46,571 bases of DNA from Bacteroidota bacterium (GCA_947461595.1 CANHLZ010000001.1:1-46571), one strand, 5' to 3'; shown: positions 1 through 10,152, counted from the first letter of the stretch. The notes: generated by a model from the letters alone, not told the origin. Numbers and translations: made by a program.

Positions 1-224
1 ATGCCAGTATACCTTACAATTCCCGAATAGGTTTTAATAGAAGTAAAAACTAAGGCATTGGTAATAAACACCAAAATAAAAGTATTGAGCACCGCTTCCC
101 AACTTAGCCCTAACAGTGTTAAATTTTGCTTAACAGCAATCGCTAAGAATAGCGAAAATAAAGTGCCCCCAATATCTAATGAAAATATGACCCATCTGGG
201 GACAATACTAAAATTTTTAAACAT
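1..224 (-). CDS. 5' part of a CapD/PglF/WbpM-type nucleoside-diphosphate-sugar epimerase/dehydratase (truncated by window edge)
   Basis: Not in the ORF track. Manual translation from ATG at 224: MFKNFSIVPRWVIFSLDIGG...KTYSGIVRYTG. It is hydrophobic, with PRW..D and YxGIxRY motifs typical of CapD N-termini, and follows the Wzz-like gene. Confidence 0.7.
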   Translation of the reverse strand, partial: MFKNFSIVPRWVIFSLDIGGTLFSLFLAIAVKQNLTLLGLSWEAVLNTFILVFITNALVFTSIKTYSGIVRYTG

Positions 225-249
225 GCTACTGGTTTTTAAAAAAAATTAA

Positions 250-1338
250 TTAAGCGATTATTTTTTTATACAAACTCGAAAACAATAGATACAAAACAGT
301 AAAGAAGCCTGCTGAAAAGCCACCAAGGATAATCGACTTCAATTTGCTTGGTTTATCTTTTTCTAATGGGAAAATAGGACGATCTATAATTTGTATTAAA
401 GGCGTTTCTTTTCTTAAAGCTACTTTAGCCAATTCTAATTGTGTCACCAATTGGATTAAGATAGTAGTATTGGCTTGAACATCTACCTGCATCTTTTTGC
501 CTATCGAGTTTTTTATATTTAAAGATGGATTTAAATTAAATACATTATCGTTAGCTGAGGCAACACCCGAAATAGCAATATTTAGTTTGATACGAATGCT
601 ATCAACTTGCTTTTGTAAAATTTCTACATTCAAGCGCGATTTTTTGCTTTTGGTTTCAATATAAAATTGAGAAGTTTCATTGGCCAAGTTTTCACAAAAT
701 AACTTTGCAAATTTTTCACTTTTACTTACTACTTCAATTTTGGTGATAGAAACATTTTTCTCCTTTTCAGAGATAATTAAGTAATTAAGATCAGTCAAAT
801 TTGTAAAGAATATTTGTAAAATAGAATCCTGCAGCAGTGTAAAATTGGATCTGTCTGTATTGGGTAAAAATTGTATATTTTTTAATGTAGGTTTATCATT
901 CCAGCTTTCTCTTAATTTATTGATTTGTATATAATATTCAGCCAAGCTAATGGTATCGCCATTTACTATTATTGGGTTCAGTAAAGTTTTTTCCACTAGT
1001 AAACGGCTTTTCATGAGTTCCATTAAATTAGGTCCAGCAAATGCACCACCACCTTTGCCACCTAAATCAATACCGAAAGTACTAGCCAAGCCGCCCAAAC
1101 CTTCACCACTAGATGCCTTATCCTCTTCCAAAGCAAAAGTCAGCACAGCTTTATAAGTTGTCTTTTTAAAAATTGAATATACTAGCCCAATAGAAGCACC
1201 AAACACCCCAGCAAGAAATATAATTTTCCATTTTGTTTTTAAATAAGCTACCCACTCTTTAATCTTCTGAATCAATTCCTTTAATGAAATTTCATCTGAA
1301 TTGGGATTGCTCATTGTATTCATATTTTGTTCGGTCAT
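250..1338 (-). CDS. Wzz/polysaccharide co-polymerase (chain-length determinant), no kinase domain
   Basis: DEISLKEL N-terminus, two TM helices flanking a coiled-coil region, Pro-rich TPLIQIIDRPIFP before the second TM. Confidence 0.85.
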   Translation of the reverse strand: MTEQNMNTMSNPNSDEISLKELIQKIKEWVAYLKTKWKIIFLAGVFGASIGLVYSIFKKTTYKAVLTFALEEDKASSGEGLGGLASTFGIDLGGKGGGAFAGPNLMELMKSRLLVEKTLLNPIIVNGDTISLAEYYIQINKLRESWNDKPTLKNIQFLPNTDRSNFTLLQDSILQIFFTNLTDLNYLIISEKEKNVSITKIEVVSKSEKFAKLFCENLANETSQFYIETKSKKSRLNVEILQKQVDSIRIKLNIAISGVASANDNVFNLNPSLNIKNSIGKKMQVDVQANTTILIQLVTQLELAKVALRKETPLIQIIDRPIFPLEKDKPSKLKSIILGGFSAGFFTVLYLLFSSLYKKIIA

Positions 1339-1348
1339 TATGTATAAA

Positions 1349-3880
1349 TTATTTTGTCAACAATTTCAATGTCGCTATTGCGGTAAATACTTGGGCAAAT
1401 ACGGTAGTAAAAGTCAATATAGTAGAAAGTGGTTTTTCTAATTTTTCATTGGTTTCAGGAAGGATTAATTCACAACCTGGTTTAATAGCAGGGCTTATTC
1501 TAAAAAATCCAAAATGCTTGGTTCTATTACTTTTACCATTGGCATACACCACATAAGCGCGTCCTCTTTTTGCATATTCGCTTATTCCGCCAGCTGCCGA
1601 TATACAATCGTTGATATTAATTCCATCCCTATAAACAATATTAGTAGGCCTTAATACGCCACCGCTTATTTTAATGCGGTTGTCAATTTTAGGAATCACC
1701 AATTCATCCTTGTCTTTTAACACCAAATCCTCTTCCGAGCCTGGATGTGCAATAATATAATTGATGTCTATGGCTATTTGATAATATTCGTTGCTTAAAC
1801 TTTGTACTATAGCATTAATGGTATCGGTTAACTTTTTGTTGGCATTTTGGTCTGCTGCCGTATTGCTCAACTGTTTTTGAATATCGAACTTTTCTGCTTC
1901 CTGTTGTGCTTTAAATTTTCTTCTATAAACTTCTTCAATACTTGTTTTGGTTTCATCGGCTTTTAGGGTATCGATGATATTTTTATTTCTTTTAATAAAA
2001 GCGGCTTCCCCATAGGCATCCCCTATCAGCCCGCCAGCCCTATTCACAATATCACTTACTCTTTCTACCCTGGTTCTTAATGTATATTTGCCTGTATTTT
2101 GAACCTGTCCGGTGACGGTGATTACTTCAGGCGAGGTAAAACCTGCTTTTTTAGTAATAGTCACTACATCAAAAGGTTGCAAAACAATATTTTCATGGCC
2201 TGGGTTAAAACTTAAATCCCCATTGATTTCTGTTTTATAAATAGTAGATACCTGGTTATTGTCAACTTTGTTTGCAAATTGAACCATTCTAGCTACTTCA
2301 ATACTTTTATTGGCTGAATAATTAAATCCCCCTGCCATTAATATCAAATCTTTTACCGTCATACTATCTAGATAAACATAGCTACCCGGATTTCTAATTT
2401 CTCCCATTAAATTTACCGATAAAGAGTCTCTTAAATCCAATACCGAATTAATATATAGTTCATCCTCTCTTTGTAATAAAATATTTTCGGTGGCATCCTT
2501 TTTTAAGGCCTTGCCTAAATTTATACTAATGAGTTCTTTTAATAAATTGGGTTTCAAACGAATCAATTGAGCCCTGCCTGTATAAGCATCTTCTTTTAAT
2601 CCATCGGCCCTTTCTACTAAATCGGCAATACGCATACCGGAGGATAATTCATACACATCAGGTCTAAATACTGCACCAGATAATTTTACTCTGTTTTGAA
2701 AACGATCTAATATTTTAGAAACTATAAATACATCGCCTCCACTGGGTTGATATTTTTCAAAATCAAATTTTGCTAAATCCTTAACCGATTTTTCTTTATC
2801 TGATTTTTGAATCACTTTGACCACTGCCGTATAAGCCTCATCATCAAAGCCACCTGCATAGTTTACAATTTGACTAAAATTTTCTTTGCCCACCAATTCA
2901 AAAATTCCTGGACGTTTTATTTGGCCTTGAACTTCTATTCTGTTTTTATAAGGGGGTACGCGAATAACATCATGGTCTTTTAAGCCTATATTTTGAGACT
3001 GATCTCCATTTTGCATAAAATGGTATAAGTCGATGGTCTTAAATAATTTATTATTTCTAATTAATTCAATAGCTCTATAAGTTCCAATTTCATTTGGCCC
3101 ACCAGCTTCAGTTAAAGCGCTTAACAGATTTGATAAGGAAGATATATTGTAGTTGCCACTTCTGGCAGCACCTATTATGGTTACTTGTATGGTTCGAATT
3201 TTGCCTAAGGTTAATGCTAATTTAGATTCCCCTCTTGCGATACTAGGATAAGCGCTTCGCATCATTTGTTGCTTAATACGGTCCATAGCCGATTCAATCG
3301 TCAAACCAGCCACTTTTATTTGCCCAACATTTTCTATCTGAATAATGCCTTCTTTGCTTACTAAAAGATCATCATTAAATTCTTGTACACCATACACCAC
3401 TAATGTTAATTCATCATTAGGCCCAATTTCGTAATTCAAAGGGGTGGCCATATTTTGGTTTGCTCCAAATCCTGTTCCAGTGTTGTTAAATAATTCCGCG
3501 CCGTAAATTAATGGATTGATATTATTTTCTTGATTTGCTTTGATTGCTTTCCCAGTGGTATCTGCCATTGAGTTTTGGCCTTTTGTTCCCGAGATTTTTT
3601 TTAATAAAGAGGTAGACTTGGCATTAGGCCCTTTGGTGGCGCCTATTTTATCTATTAGTTTCGCAAATTCTTCTGGACTCATTCCTTTTGCAATGGCTTG
3701 TTGCTCCACTTGGTCAATACTCATGCCCGATTGTTTTAATTGGGATTTTATTTTACCAATTTGAGCCTCGGTTAAGGCATCCGCTTTAAAAGTGCTTAAG
3801 TCCTGATCACTTAAAGGGTTTTGTGCATACAGTCCAATGCTAAAACAAACCAGTAGTAAGCCAATAAAAAACAATTTCAT
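1349..3880 (-). CDS. SLBB-repeat polysaccharide export protein (OPX, Wza/KpsD-like)
   Basis: Signal peptide, Poly_export motif NYEIGPNDEL, repeated G(E/Q)VxxPG..AGG SLBB motifs, hydrophobic C-terminal helix. Confidence 0.9.
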   Translation of the reverse strand: MKLFFIGLLLVCFSIGLYAQNPLSDQDLSTFKADALTEAQIGKIKSQLKQSGMSIDQVEQQAIAKGMSPEEFAKLIDKIGATKGPNAKSTSLLKKISGTKGQNSMADTTGKAIKANQENNINPLIYGAELFNNTGTGFGANQNMATPLNYEIGPNDELTLVVYGVQEFNDDLLVSKEGIIQIENVGQIKVAGLTIESAMDRIKQQMMRSAYPSIARGESKLALTLGKIRTIQVTIIGAARSGNYNISSLSNLLSALTEAGGPNEIGTYRAIELIRNNKLFKTIDLYHFMQNGDQSQNIGLKDHDVIRVPPYKNRIEVQGQIKRPGIFELVGKENFSQIVNYAGGFDDEAYTAVVKVIQKSDKEKSVKDLAKFDFEKYQPSGGDVFIVSKILDRFQNRVKLSGAVFRPDVYELSSGMRIADLVERADGLKEDAYTGRAQLIRLKPNLLKELISINLGKALKKDATENILLQREDELYINSVLDLRDSLSVNLMGEIRNPGSYVYLDSMTVKDLILMAGGFNYSANKSIEVARMVQFANKVDNNQVSTIYKTEINGDLSFNPGHENIVLQPFDVVTITKKAGFTSPEVITVTGQVQNTGKYTLRTRVERVSDIVNRAGGLIGDAYGEAAFIKRNKNIIDTLKADETKTSIEEVYRRKFKAQQEAEKFDIQKQLSNTAADQNANKKLTDTINAIVQSLSNEYYQIAIDINYIIAHPGSEEDLVLKDKDELVIPKIDNRIKISGGVLRPTNIVYRDGININDCISAAGGISEYAKRGRAYVVYANGKSNRTKHFGFFRISPAIKPGCELILPETNEKLEKPLSTILTFTTVFAQVFTAIATLKLLTK

Positions 3881-3935
3881 TATATTAGAATTTAGTAAAA
3901 AAATATTTTTTATAGAATATTTTCCTTAGTTTTTA

Positions 3936-3985
3936 CAGGGCTTCGCCATTCTTTGTCACATTATAAGATTAGGCTGACAAAGTAT
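3936..3985 (-). promoter_or_regulatory. ops-like transcription pause element (GGCGAAGCCCTG) preceded by an RNA hairpin
   Basis: Minus strand reads ATACTTTGTCA-N16-TGACAAAGAAT-GGCGAAGCCCTG in the leader of the export operon. It matches the G-11 G-10 ... Y-1 G+1 pause consensus. Confidence 0.55.
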
Positions 3986-4055
3986 CTAGAATAAGTTTAG
4001 AACTATTAAAAAATAGCCTTCACCAATTTAGAGACTAAAACCGAGATAACTATTT

Positions 4056-4063
4056 CAAAATTA
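4056..4063 (-). promoter_or_regulatory. Bacteroidota sigma-A -7 box (TAATTTTG) upstream of the SLBB/Wzz/CapD operon
   Basis: Exact TAnnTTTG match in the intergenic region. No clear -33 box. Confidence 0.45.
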
Positions 4064-4217
4064 ACACTTTATAAATAATTTAGGGGGATAGGATTTATAA
4101 TGTAAAAATACCTAAATATAAGGAACTAAACAAAAAAGTTAATCTATTGTTTAATAATACACTATATATTTAAAATATATTTAATATTAATGATACTTTT
4201 ACACAATTTTTTGGAAG

Positions 4218-4979
4218 TTACCTCTTACCAAAAGGAATTAACTTTTGAATAGCTAAAGCAAAATAAAAAACTAAGTAATTTTTTAAAGTATAGTCCGTAC
4301 CAAGGGGTTCGTAATGATGCAATTTTGAATGTCTGTATAAAGAATCATGCCCATCACCATAAAACACCGTTACCGACTTCCCTAAGGCAGCAGCTAAAGT
4401 AGCAGTGCCTGTAGTTAAACAGTATACGCGTTGGCAAGAAATGATTAAATCACATAGCTCAAAAATAGAAGCCGTAGAAATTTCGTTATTTGCTGAATGA
4501 ATAGTTAAGCTTCTATTTTTTAAATTACGCATCTGATAATCCACTTGTATCTTTTCCTTTTTAAACCATTCTTCAATTTTTTTACCTGACTTTAATTTTC
4601 CAGTAAAAGAAATATAGTTGGGATCATACACTACTGCATCTAATAGATCCTTCCGTTGATGGGGGGTATAATAAATTTCTGGCTCATGATAGCGGATTCC
4701 ATCTTCTAAACCATAAGCCAACATGATAGCGTCTAATAAATTTTGTGATTCGTTTACTTTGTCAGGAAAATGATATTCCCCTATTTCTTCTGTAAAACCA
4801 TCCAGCCATGGATTCAATTTCCAAATTAATGCAATCGTATCGGAATGGCGACAGTCCGATTGATTGGAAAACAATACTTTATCATAAGCACCTGTTTCTT
4901 TTGCTATACGGGGTAGATGGCTAAAAAATAAATGATCCCCTAAGCCCCCTTTTTTTATTTGGATAATAAGTGTTTTCAT
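4218..4979 (-). CDS. Divergent GT9-like (heptosyltransferase-like) glycosyltransferase
   Basis: N-terminal GGLGDHL and C-terminal TTGTATLAAALGKSVTVFYG resemble the GT9 motifs xGD and DSGxxHLAAALGxPxxxLFG. Confidence 0.55.
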   Translation of the reverse strand: MKTLIIQIKKGGLGDHLFFSHLPRIAKETGAYDKVLFSNQSDCRHSDTIALIWKLNPWLDGFTEEIGEYHFPDKVNESQNLLDAIMLAYGLEDGIRYHEPEIYYTPHQRKDLLDAVVYDPNYISFTGKLKSGKKIEEWFKKEKIQVDYQMRNLKNRSLTIHSANNEISTASIFELCDLIISCQRVYCLTTGTATLAAALGKSVTVFYGDGHDSLYRHSKLHHYEPLGTDYTLKNYLVFYFALAIQKLIPFGKR

Positions 4980-5917
4980 TTAAATCTATTAAACCATTTG
5001 CCAAAAAAAGCTTTTTCAAAAGCGAACTTTTTTAAAAGATAGGGCTTTTTTTCTAGTGCTAAAAATTGCGTTAGTTTTTTTTGATGTTTCGAAGAGAGTT
5101 CATGCTGGTAATTTTCTAAAAATAATTGAACCATAATAAATCTTTCCATTAAATAATTATTATTACTAAATAATAATTTAATATGATTTAAATATCGACG
5201 CCATCTACCAACTTTTTTAAAATGACTAATGGTACTATTTTGTTCATGTTGTCTATAAGAAATTAAGGACTCCTTAATTGAATAGGCGTTCCCTAATGCA
5301 TAAGCTAGCAGGGCCATCCAGGCATCATGATTAAAATTAGCATTGATGGGCATGTTTTTAATATGCAGTTTCATCGATTCATTACAGAGGGTGGTACAAC
5401 CTAAAACAAAATTTCCAAACAATAAGGTATCAAGGGTATGCCGATACTTATCATGTCCTAATTCATTTCTAAAAGAAACATTGATTAATTTTCCATTGGC
5501 ATCTATAAAATTTAAATCACTGTAAACCAAACAAGGTGTCAAAGGATTTTCAATGTTTCGCATGCATGCCATACACTTTTCTAATTTATCGACATGCCAA
5601 ATATCGTCCTGATCGGACAAAGCAAAATAATAGCCTGCTGGAACCTGATGAATGCCTTGCTTAAAATTAGCAACAAGTCCTAGCCTAGTTTCATTTTGAT
5701 AACAAGTTAACTTGCCTGCTGCTTGATATTTTTGTAAAATAAAATAGGTTTGATCTGTAGAACCATCATCAAAAACTATAAATAAACTTGGTGGAATAGT
5801 TTGTGCTAGAATAGATTCAATTTGTTCTTCTAAAAATTGAACACCATTATAAGTAGCCATGACCACTGCAATGGGTGATATATAATTATCCTTTGGAGAA
5901 TGATCATTTAGAGACAT
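4976..5917 (-). CDS. GT2 glycosyltransferase (rhamnosyltransferase-like subfamily)
   Basis: MATYNG..FLEEQIESIL, DDGSTD, SDQDDIW, HDAW and YRQH motifs. Confidence 0.9.
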   Translation of the reverse strand: MSLNDHSPKDNYISPIAVVMATYNGVQFLEEQIESILAQTIPPSLFIVFDDGSTDQTYFILQKYQAAGKLTCYQNETRLGLVANFKQGIHQVPAGYYFALSDQDDIWHVDKLEKCMACMRNIENPLTPCLVYSDLNFIDANGKLINVSFRNELGHDKYRHTLDTLLFGNFVLGCTTLCNESMKLHIKNMPINANFNHDAWMALLAYALGNAYSIKESLISYRQHEQNSTISHFKKVGRWRRYLNHIKLLFSNNNYLMERFIMVQLFLENYQHELSSKHQKKLTQFLALEKKPYLLKKFAFEKAFFGKWFNRFK

Positions 5918-7340
5918 CTGCTACAATCTTTTTAATTTGAAGATAAGATAATAAAAATTTATTACTAAATAAATATAGATGTAATAAAATATAAATTAAA
6001 CTACAAGCAATCACTGCAATCAAACATATAAAAAAGGTATTATTGCTTAGCATCCTTACTCCAAAAACAATAGGTATAAAAGTACAAGCGGCTAATATGG
6101 ACTGTCCAAAAAATACCCATGGATATTTAAATTGATACACTTTATTGGTATAATATAAATAAATTAAGCTTACACTTAATTCGGTGATGATGGTCGCAAT
6201 GGCCGCCCCTTTTTCTTGATAATAGGGAGCAAGCATAAAATTTAAAAATGCGCTTATAACTAAACCCACCAGCATGGCAATAAATACTTCTTTGTTTTTT
6301 TCGGCAGGAATTAAAATTTGAAAAGCAAAAAAATGTCCAAACCCAATCAATAAGGGCAATACAGACATAATTTGCATGGGCAATATGCTTTTATTAAAAG
6401 CCACTCCGGAAAAAATATTCATAATTTCGGGGGCTAATAAATAAGTGCCAAAAGCCATAGGCACTGTTAACAATACTAAAAAATAAAAGGAATGAATTAA
6501 AATTTTCTTAATTTCTTCTATTTTATTTTCGGCAAATTTCTGTGATAAAACAGGAATAAATACTGTGCCCACACTGGTTACAAAGGGCAATAGCAATTTT
6601 ATAAATTTAATAGAAGCTGTGTAAAAGCCCACTGCTATTGGGTTGGCTAAAAAGCCTAACAAAATAGTATCCCATAAAGTATAAATACTGGAGGCAGCGG
6701 TTGCACCAAAAATATACAATAAAGGTTTTAGATGCTTTTTAAATTCCAGCTCATAGCTATGGGCTTGGTGCTTTAAATAAATCACCAAAAAACTATATAC
6801 CTGATTGCCGAGAATCGTAAAAATTAATACAACTAAATATTGATACAAATCATTGGGTGTCTTAACCCACAAATATAAAAATAGCAATGCCATTGCTTTT
6901 ACTACAATAGACCGCAAAGCAATGGTTTTAAAATCGGCCTTGCCTGCATAATACCAATCGGTATAGGTAAAGCTTAATAACACCAAAGCGCCTGCCATCA
7001 AATACATGGATCTATCTGCACTAAAATAAGGTATATACAAAACACTCAACACATACAATAAAGTGGCTATTACACTTGCTATGAAAAATAGACTACTTAA
7101 GGATAAAAAAATTGATTTTGTTTTATGCTCGTCTTGATGATATTTGGCAATTTCTTTAACCCCATAAATGGGTATACCCAGGGCTGCAAAAAGTGCAAAA
7201 TATTGCGCATAAGAGAAAATAAATTGAACCTGACCAATACCTGCTGGGCCAAGAACTCTTGCTGCATAGGGAAAGCTTATGATAGGGAATAAGATATTAG
7301 AGATAGACAATAGTAAATTGAATAAAAAATTCTTTTTCAT
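5904..7340 (-). CDS. wzx: Wzx flippase
   Basis: KKNFLFNL start, PYAARVLGPAGIG, LGIPIYG, GAAIAT, many TM helices. Confidence 0.9.
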   Translation of the reverse strand: MKKNFLFNLLLSISNILFPIISFPYAARVLGPAGIGQVQFIFSYAQYFALFAALGIPIYGVKEIAKYHQDEHKTKSIFLSLSSLFFIASVIATLLYVLSVLYIPYFSADRSMYLMAGALVLLSFTYTDWYYAGKADFKTIALRSIVVKAMALLFLYLWVKTPNDLYQYLVVLIFTILGNQVYSFLVIYLKHQAHSYELEFKKHLKPLLYIFGATAASSIYTLWDTILLGFLANPIAVGFYTASIKFIKLLLPFVTSVGTVFIPVLSQKFAENKIEEIKKILIHSFYFLVLLTVPMAFGTYLLAPEIMNIFSGVAFNKSILPMQIMSVLPLLIGFGHFFAFQILIPAEKNKEVFIAMLVGLVISAFLNFMLAPYYQEKGAAIATIITELSVSLIYLYYTNKVYQFKYPWVFFGQSILAACTFIPIVFGVRMLSNNTFFICLIAVIACSLIYILLHLYLFSNKFLLSYLQIKKIVADVSK

Positions 7341-7346
7341 GTCTAT

Positions 7347-8000
7347 TTAATTTTCTAGCGTTACAATTTTTATATTATCAATAGACCAGCTTCTTGTACA
7401 AGTATCATTTTTAGCACCCCCCGCATCGCTTAATTCAAGTTCAAATGTTTTTTTAGTATGCGGTAAGCTATGAACCATTCTATAAACACTGGTTCCTCTT
7501 ATACTATTTTTTTTACTACACACCCCTGGTAAATAAATTTCCTGAGCTTGATTGCCAGCAGGGCTAGTAGGACCATTATTAAACCAATTGGGATAAGCTT
7601 GTTGTATGGTACTATCATTAGAAAATCCAGTAATGAGTCGGTAAAGGCCATCCATTTTCATGATCCAAAGATTGTTTTGCCATTGATCATGTATGTATAA
7701 ATCAAATTCCACCCTAATTATAGTGTGGCTGGGCAAGCTATCAAATGTCAAGTTTAATCTGCTATTATTAAAAGTGCCTAACAGTTTTTGATTTTGAAAA
7801 TTAATTATTTTTTTAAAGGGAAATAGGCCGAAATTCGTTTCCGAAAGCCAACCTGCGGTAGTAATTCCTTTGGGATTACCTGCTTCAAAATTGTTTTCAT
7901 AAATGGTATTAATATTGGTTAGGTCTTTTACACATCCATTGAAAAGGAATAAGGCTGCAAATAGGCACAGCAAGCGTATTTTATTCTCTTTTAATTGCAT
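7347..8000 (-). CDS. Lipoprotein of unknown function
   Basis: Lipobox LFLFNG-C after a basic/hydrophobic signal, beta-rich body (FDLYIHDQW, WSIDNIKI). ATG at 8000 preferred over TTG at 8006. Confidence 0.7.
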   Translation of the reverse strand: MQLKENKIRLLCLFAALFLFNGCVKDLTNINTIYENNFEAGNPKGITTAGWLSETNFGLFPFKKIINFQNQKLLGTFNNSRLNLTFDSLPSHTIIRVEFDLYIHDQWQNNLWIMKMDGLYRLITGFSNDSTIQQAYPNWFNNGPTSPAGNQAQEIYLPGVCSKKNSIRGTSVYRMVHSLPHTKKTFELELSDAGGAKNDTCTRSWSIDNIKIVTLEN

Positions 8001-8019
8001 AACCAAATAATAATTTACT

Positions 8020-8027
8020 CAAAAATA
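8020..8027 (-). promoter_or_regulatory. Bacteroidota -7 box (TATTTTTG) for the lipoprotein-wzx-GT2-GT9 block
   Basis: Exact TAnnTTTG match about 20 nt upstream of the ATG in a divergent intergenic region. Confidence 0.55.
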
Positions 8028-8114
8028 GCCCTACTTCTTCAAACTTCCACTTCAATTTAAGTTTAAACCCTTTAAGTATTGAATTTTTGCAGTTTAGGTC
8101 TTAAATTGCAGCGT

Positions 8115-9497
8115 ATGTTTTTGTTCCCAGTTATTTATATTACCCTGTTTATAGCCTCCCTTTACTTTTTGAAGGAAAAGCAACCAAATGGTATTTTTTT
8201 ATTTATTTTATTTGGATTACCCATCTATACACTTTCCTTGTCCATCACCCATATGTATGGCTTTACCCCACTCGTGCCCGTACTGCAAACTTTTAAGGAA
8301 ATGCTTATACTTGGTTTTTTTGTGTATGCCCTTACTCAACTTAGAACCGATAATAATTGGCAAACACTAGATAAAATCATGCTTGCGTTTTTTTGTTATA
8401 ATTTATTGTATGTTCCTTTACCCATTGGGGGCTATAGTTTTTTTGAAAAAGTACTCGCCTTTAAAAGCTTAAGTTTTTTCCCATTGGTTTATTTTACAGG
8501 TAGGATTATAAATAATGATAAAATAGAATTAACCAGGGTTTTCCATTACATCGCCCTACTTACCATCATAGTGGCCATGGTGTTGTTCTTGGAACTAATT
8601 ACGTACACGCATATACAAAGCATTAGTGGCTATGCCAAATACAATCAACACTTTTTTGATCAAGACCCTTCTGGGGCCTACGACTTATCATGGACTTTTC
8701 AAATTGAAAATGGCATGAAACGTTTTGCAAGTTTATTTTCTACCCCTTTAGAATTAGCGGCAGCCACTCTTGTTTCCTTGGCGGCCATTGCAGCCATCGT
8801 CACCAATAATAACAATAGTTTTAGCTTTTCAAAATTTACATTTATTGCACTACTGTGTAGTTTATTTTGTATCAATTTAGCTTTATCAAGGGCCTCTTTG
8901 GCAAGTTATTTGTTAATGTTGTATTGTTACGCCTGGTTCACCAATAAAAAAATAATTTTAAACACCATACACTATACTTTATTATTGGCTACAGTAGTAC
9001 TAGTATTTTTTTCCTTTGATAGCGATTTTGTAGATTTCATCATTAATAGCATTACGTTTACCAATGCCTCCAGTGTGGGGCATTTAATTGAATGGGCCAA
9101 TGGACTTGATTCAATGATAAGAAGCCCATTGGGTATTGGACTGGGCTCTTCGGGTCGTATATCCGCTTTTAGTGGATACAATGTGGGTGGTGAGAATGAA
9201 TTTATTATTATTGGAGTGCAAACAGGCATCATTGCACTTGGTTTGTATATTGCAGCTTATGTTTACTTAATTAGAAAAACCTACCAAATATTTACAAGTT
9301 CAAAAGGCAGGATAAGAAGATTGGCTTTATTTTTATTATTGCTTAAAATTGGACTCATTATACCTCTTTTTACTTCAGAAGCAGAATCCTATATTTACAT
9401 AAGTTATACTACCTGGTTTTTAAGTGGTGTGTTTATGAATATGGTGAGTAAAGAAAATAGCAACAATAAAACTGAAATTGGTCATGAGCTTATTTAA
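8115..9497 (+). CDS. Wzy polymerase / O-antigen ligase-like polytopic membrane protein
   Basis: About 11-12 TM segments, RFASLFSTP, LALSRAS, PLGIGLG and a periplasmic loop. ATG at 8115 preferred over TTG at 8079. Confidence 0.75.
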   Translation: MFLFPVIYITLFIASLYFLKEKQPNGIFLFILFGLPIYTLSLSITHMYGFTPLVPVLQTFKEMLILGFFVYALTQLRTDNNWQTLDKIMLAFFCYNLLYVPLPIGGYSFFEKVLAFKSLSFFPLVYFTGRIINNDKIELTRVFHYIALLTIIVAMVLFLELITYTHIQSISGYAKYNQHFFDQDPSGAYDLSWTFQIENGMKRFASLFSTPLELAAATLVSLAAIAAIVTNNNNSFSFSKFTFIALLCSLFCINLALSRASLASYLLMLYCYAWFTNKKIILNTIHYTLLLATVVLVFFSFDSDFVDFIINSITFTNASSVGHLIEWANGLDSMIRSPLGIGLGSSGRISAFSGYNVGGENEFIIIGVQTGIIALGLYIAAYVYLIRKTYQIFTSSKGRIRRLALFLLLLKIGLIIPLFTSEAESYIYISYTTWFLSGVFMNMVSKENSNNKTEIGHELI

Positions 9498-10152
9498 ACT
9501 ATTTGTGGACCATTCTAAAAAGGATTCTTTTGTTAATTCCATACGAAAAAAAAGATTTGCCTACCAAAAATTACTTATTGAAAAATTATTGGAAACAAAA
9601 CAGGAAATTAAAATATTAGACATCGGAGGTGAAATTGAATTTTGGAAACACATGGGCTGGGAAAACAACAGATGCACTATTTATTTATTGAATTTGGAGG
9701 CCGTCCCAACCATAACCCCTACTTATGGCTTTATACAAATTACAGGCAATGCCTTAGCACTGCCTTTTGAAAAAGGGGAATTTGATTTAATATTTTCTAA
9801 TTCGGTAATAGAGCATGTGGGTAGTTATACCAATCAGCAAGTGTTTGCAGCTGAGACAAAAAGAGTTTGTACCAAGTACATGATTCAAACACCCAGTATT
9901 TGGTTTCCATTAGAGCCGCATAGTTTACTACCTTTTTTCCAGGCCATTCCGCATCCCATAAGAGCCATTTTAATTATGTTTTTTAATATCAATTATTTCC
10001 CCAAACAAAAAACATATCAAGCGGCATTGGCTACTTCAAAATCTACGCTCATGTTTTCTAAAAAAAGATTTCAAGCTTTGTTCCCAGAAGCAGATATTCA
10101 AGTAGAAAGATTATTGGGCATTCCAAAGTCCTATACGGCTATAAAAATGTAA
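9484..10152 (+). CDS. Class I SAM-dependent methyltransferase
   Basis: ILDIGG motif I, LPFEKGEFDLIFSNSVIEHVG. Overlaps the upstream stop. Confidence 0.85.
   Translation: MSLFKLFVDHSKKDSFVNSIRKKRFAYQKLLIEKLLETKQEIKILDIGGEIEFWKHMGWENNRCTIYLLNLEAVPTITPTYGFIQITGNALALPFEKGEFDLIFSNSVIEHVGSYTNQQVFAAETKRVCTKYMIQTPSIWFPLEPHSLLPFFQAIPHPIRAILIMFFNINYFPKQKTYQAALATSKSTLMFSKKRFQALFPEADIQVERLLGIPKSYTAIKM

Noticed and set aside
58-249. 63-aa plus-strand ORF
   Set aside because: It is the antisense shadow of the CapD-like gene starting at 224 on the minus strand.
8020-8110. Recurrent TTTG-N12-TAnnTT(T)G spacing (also upstream of gmd)
   Set aside because: It is absent at the other promoters, and TTTG is common by chance at this base composition.
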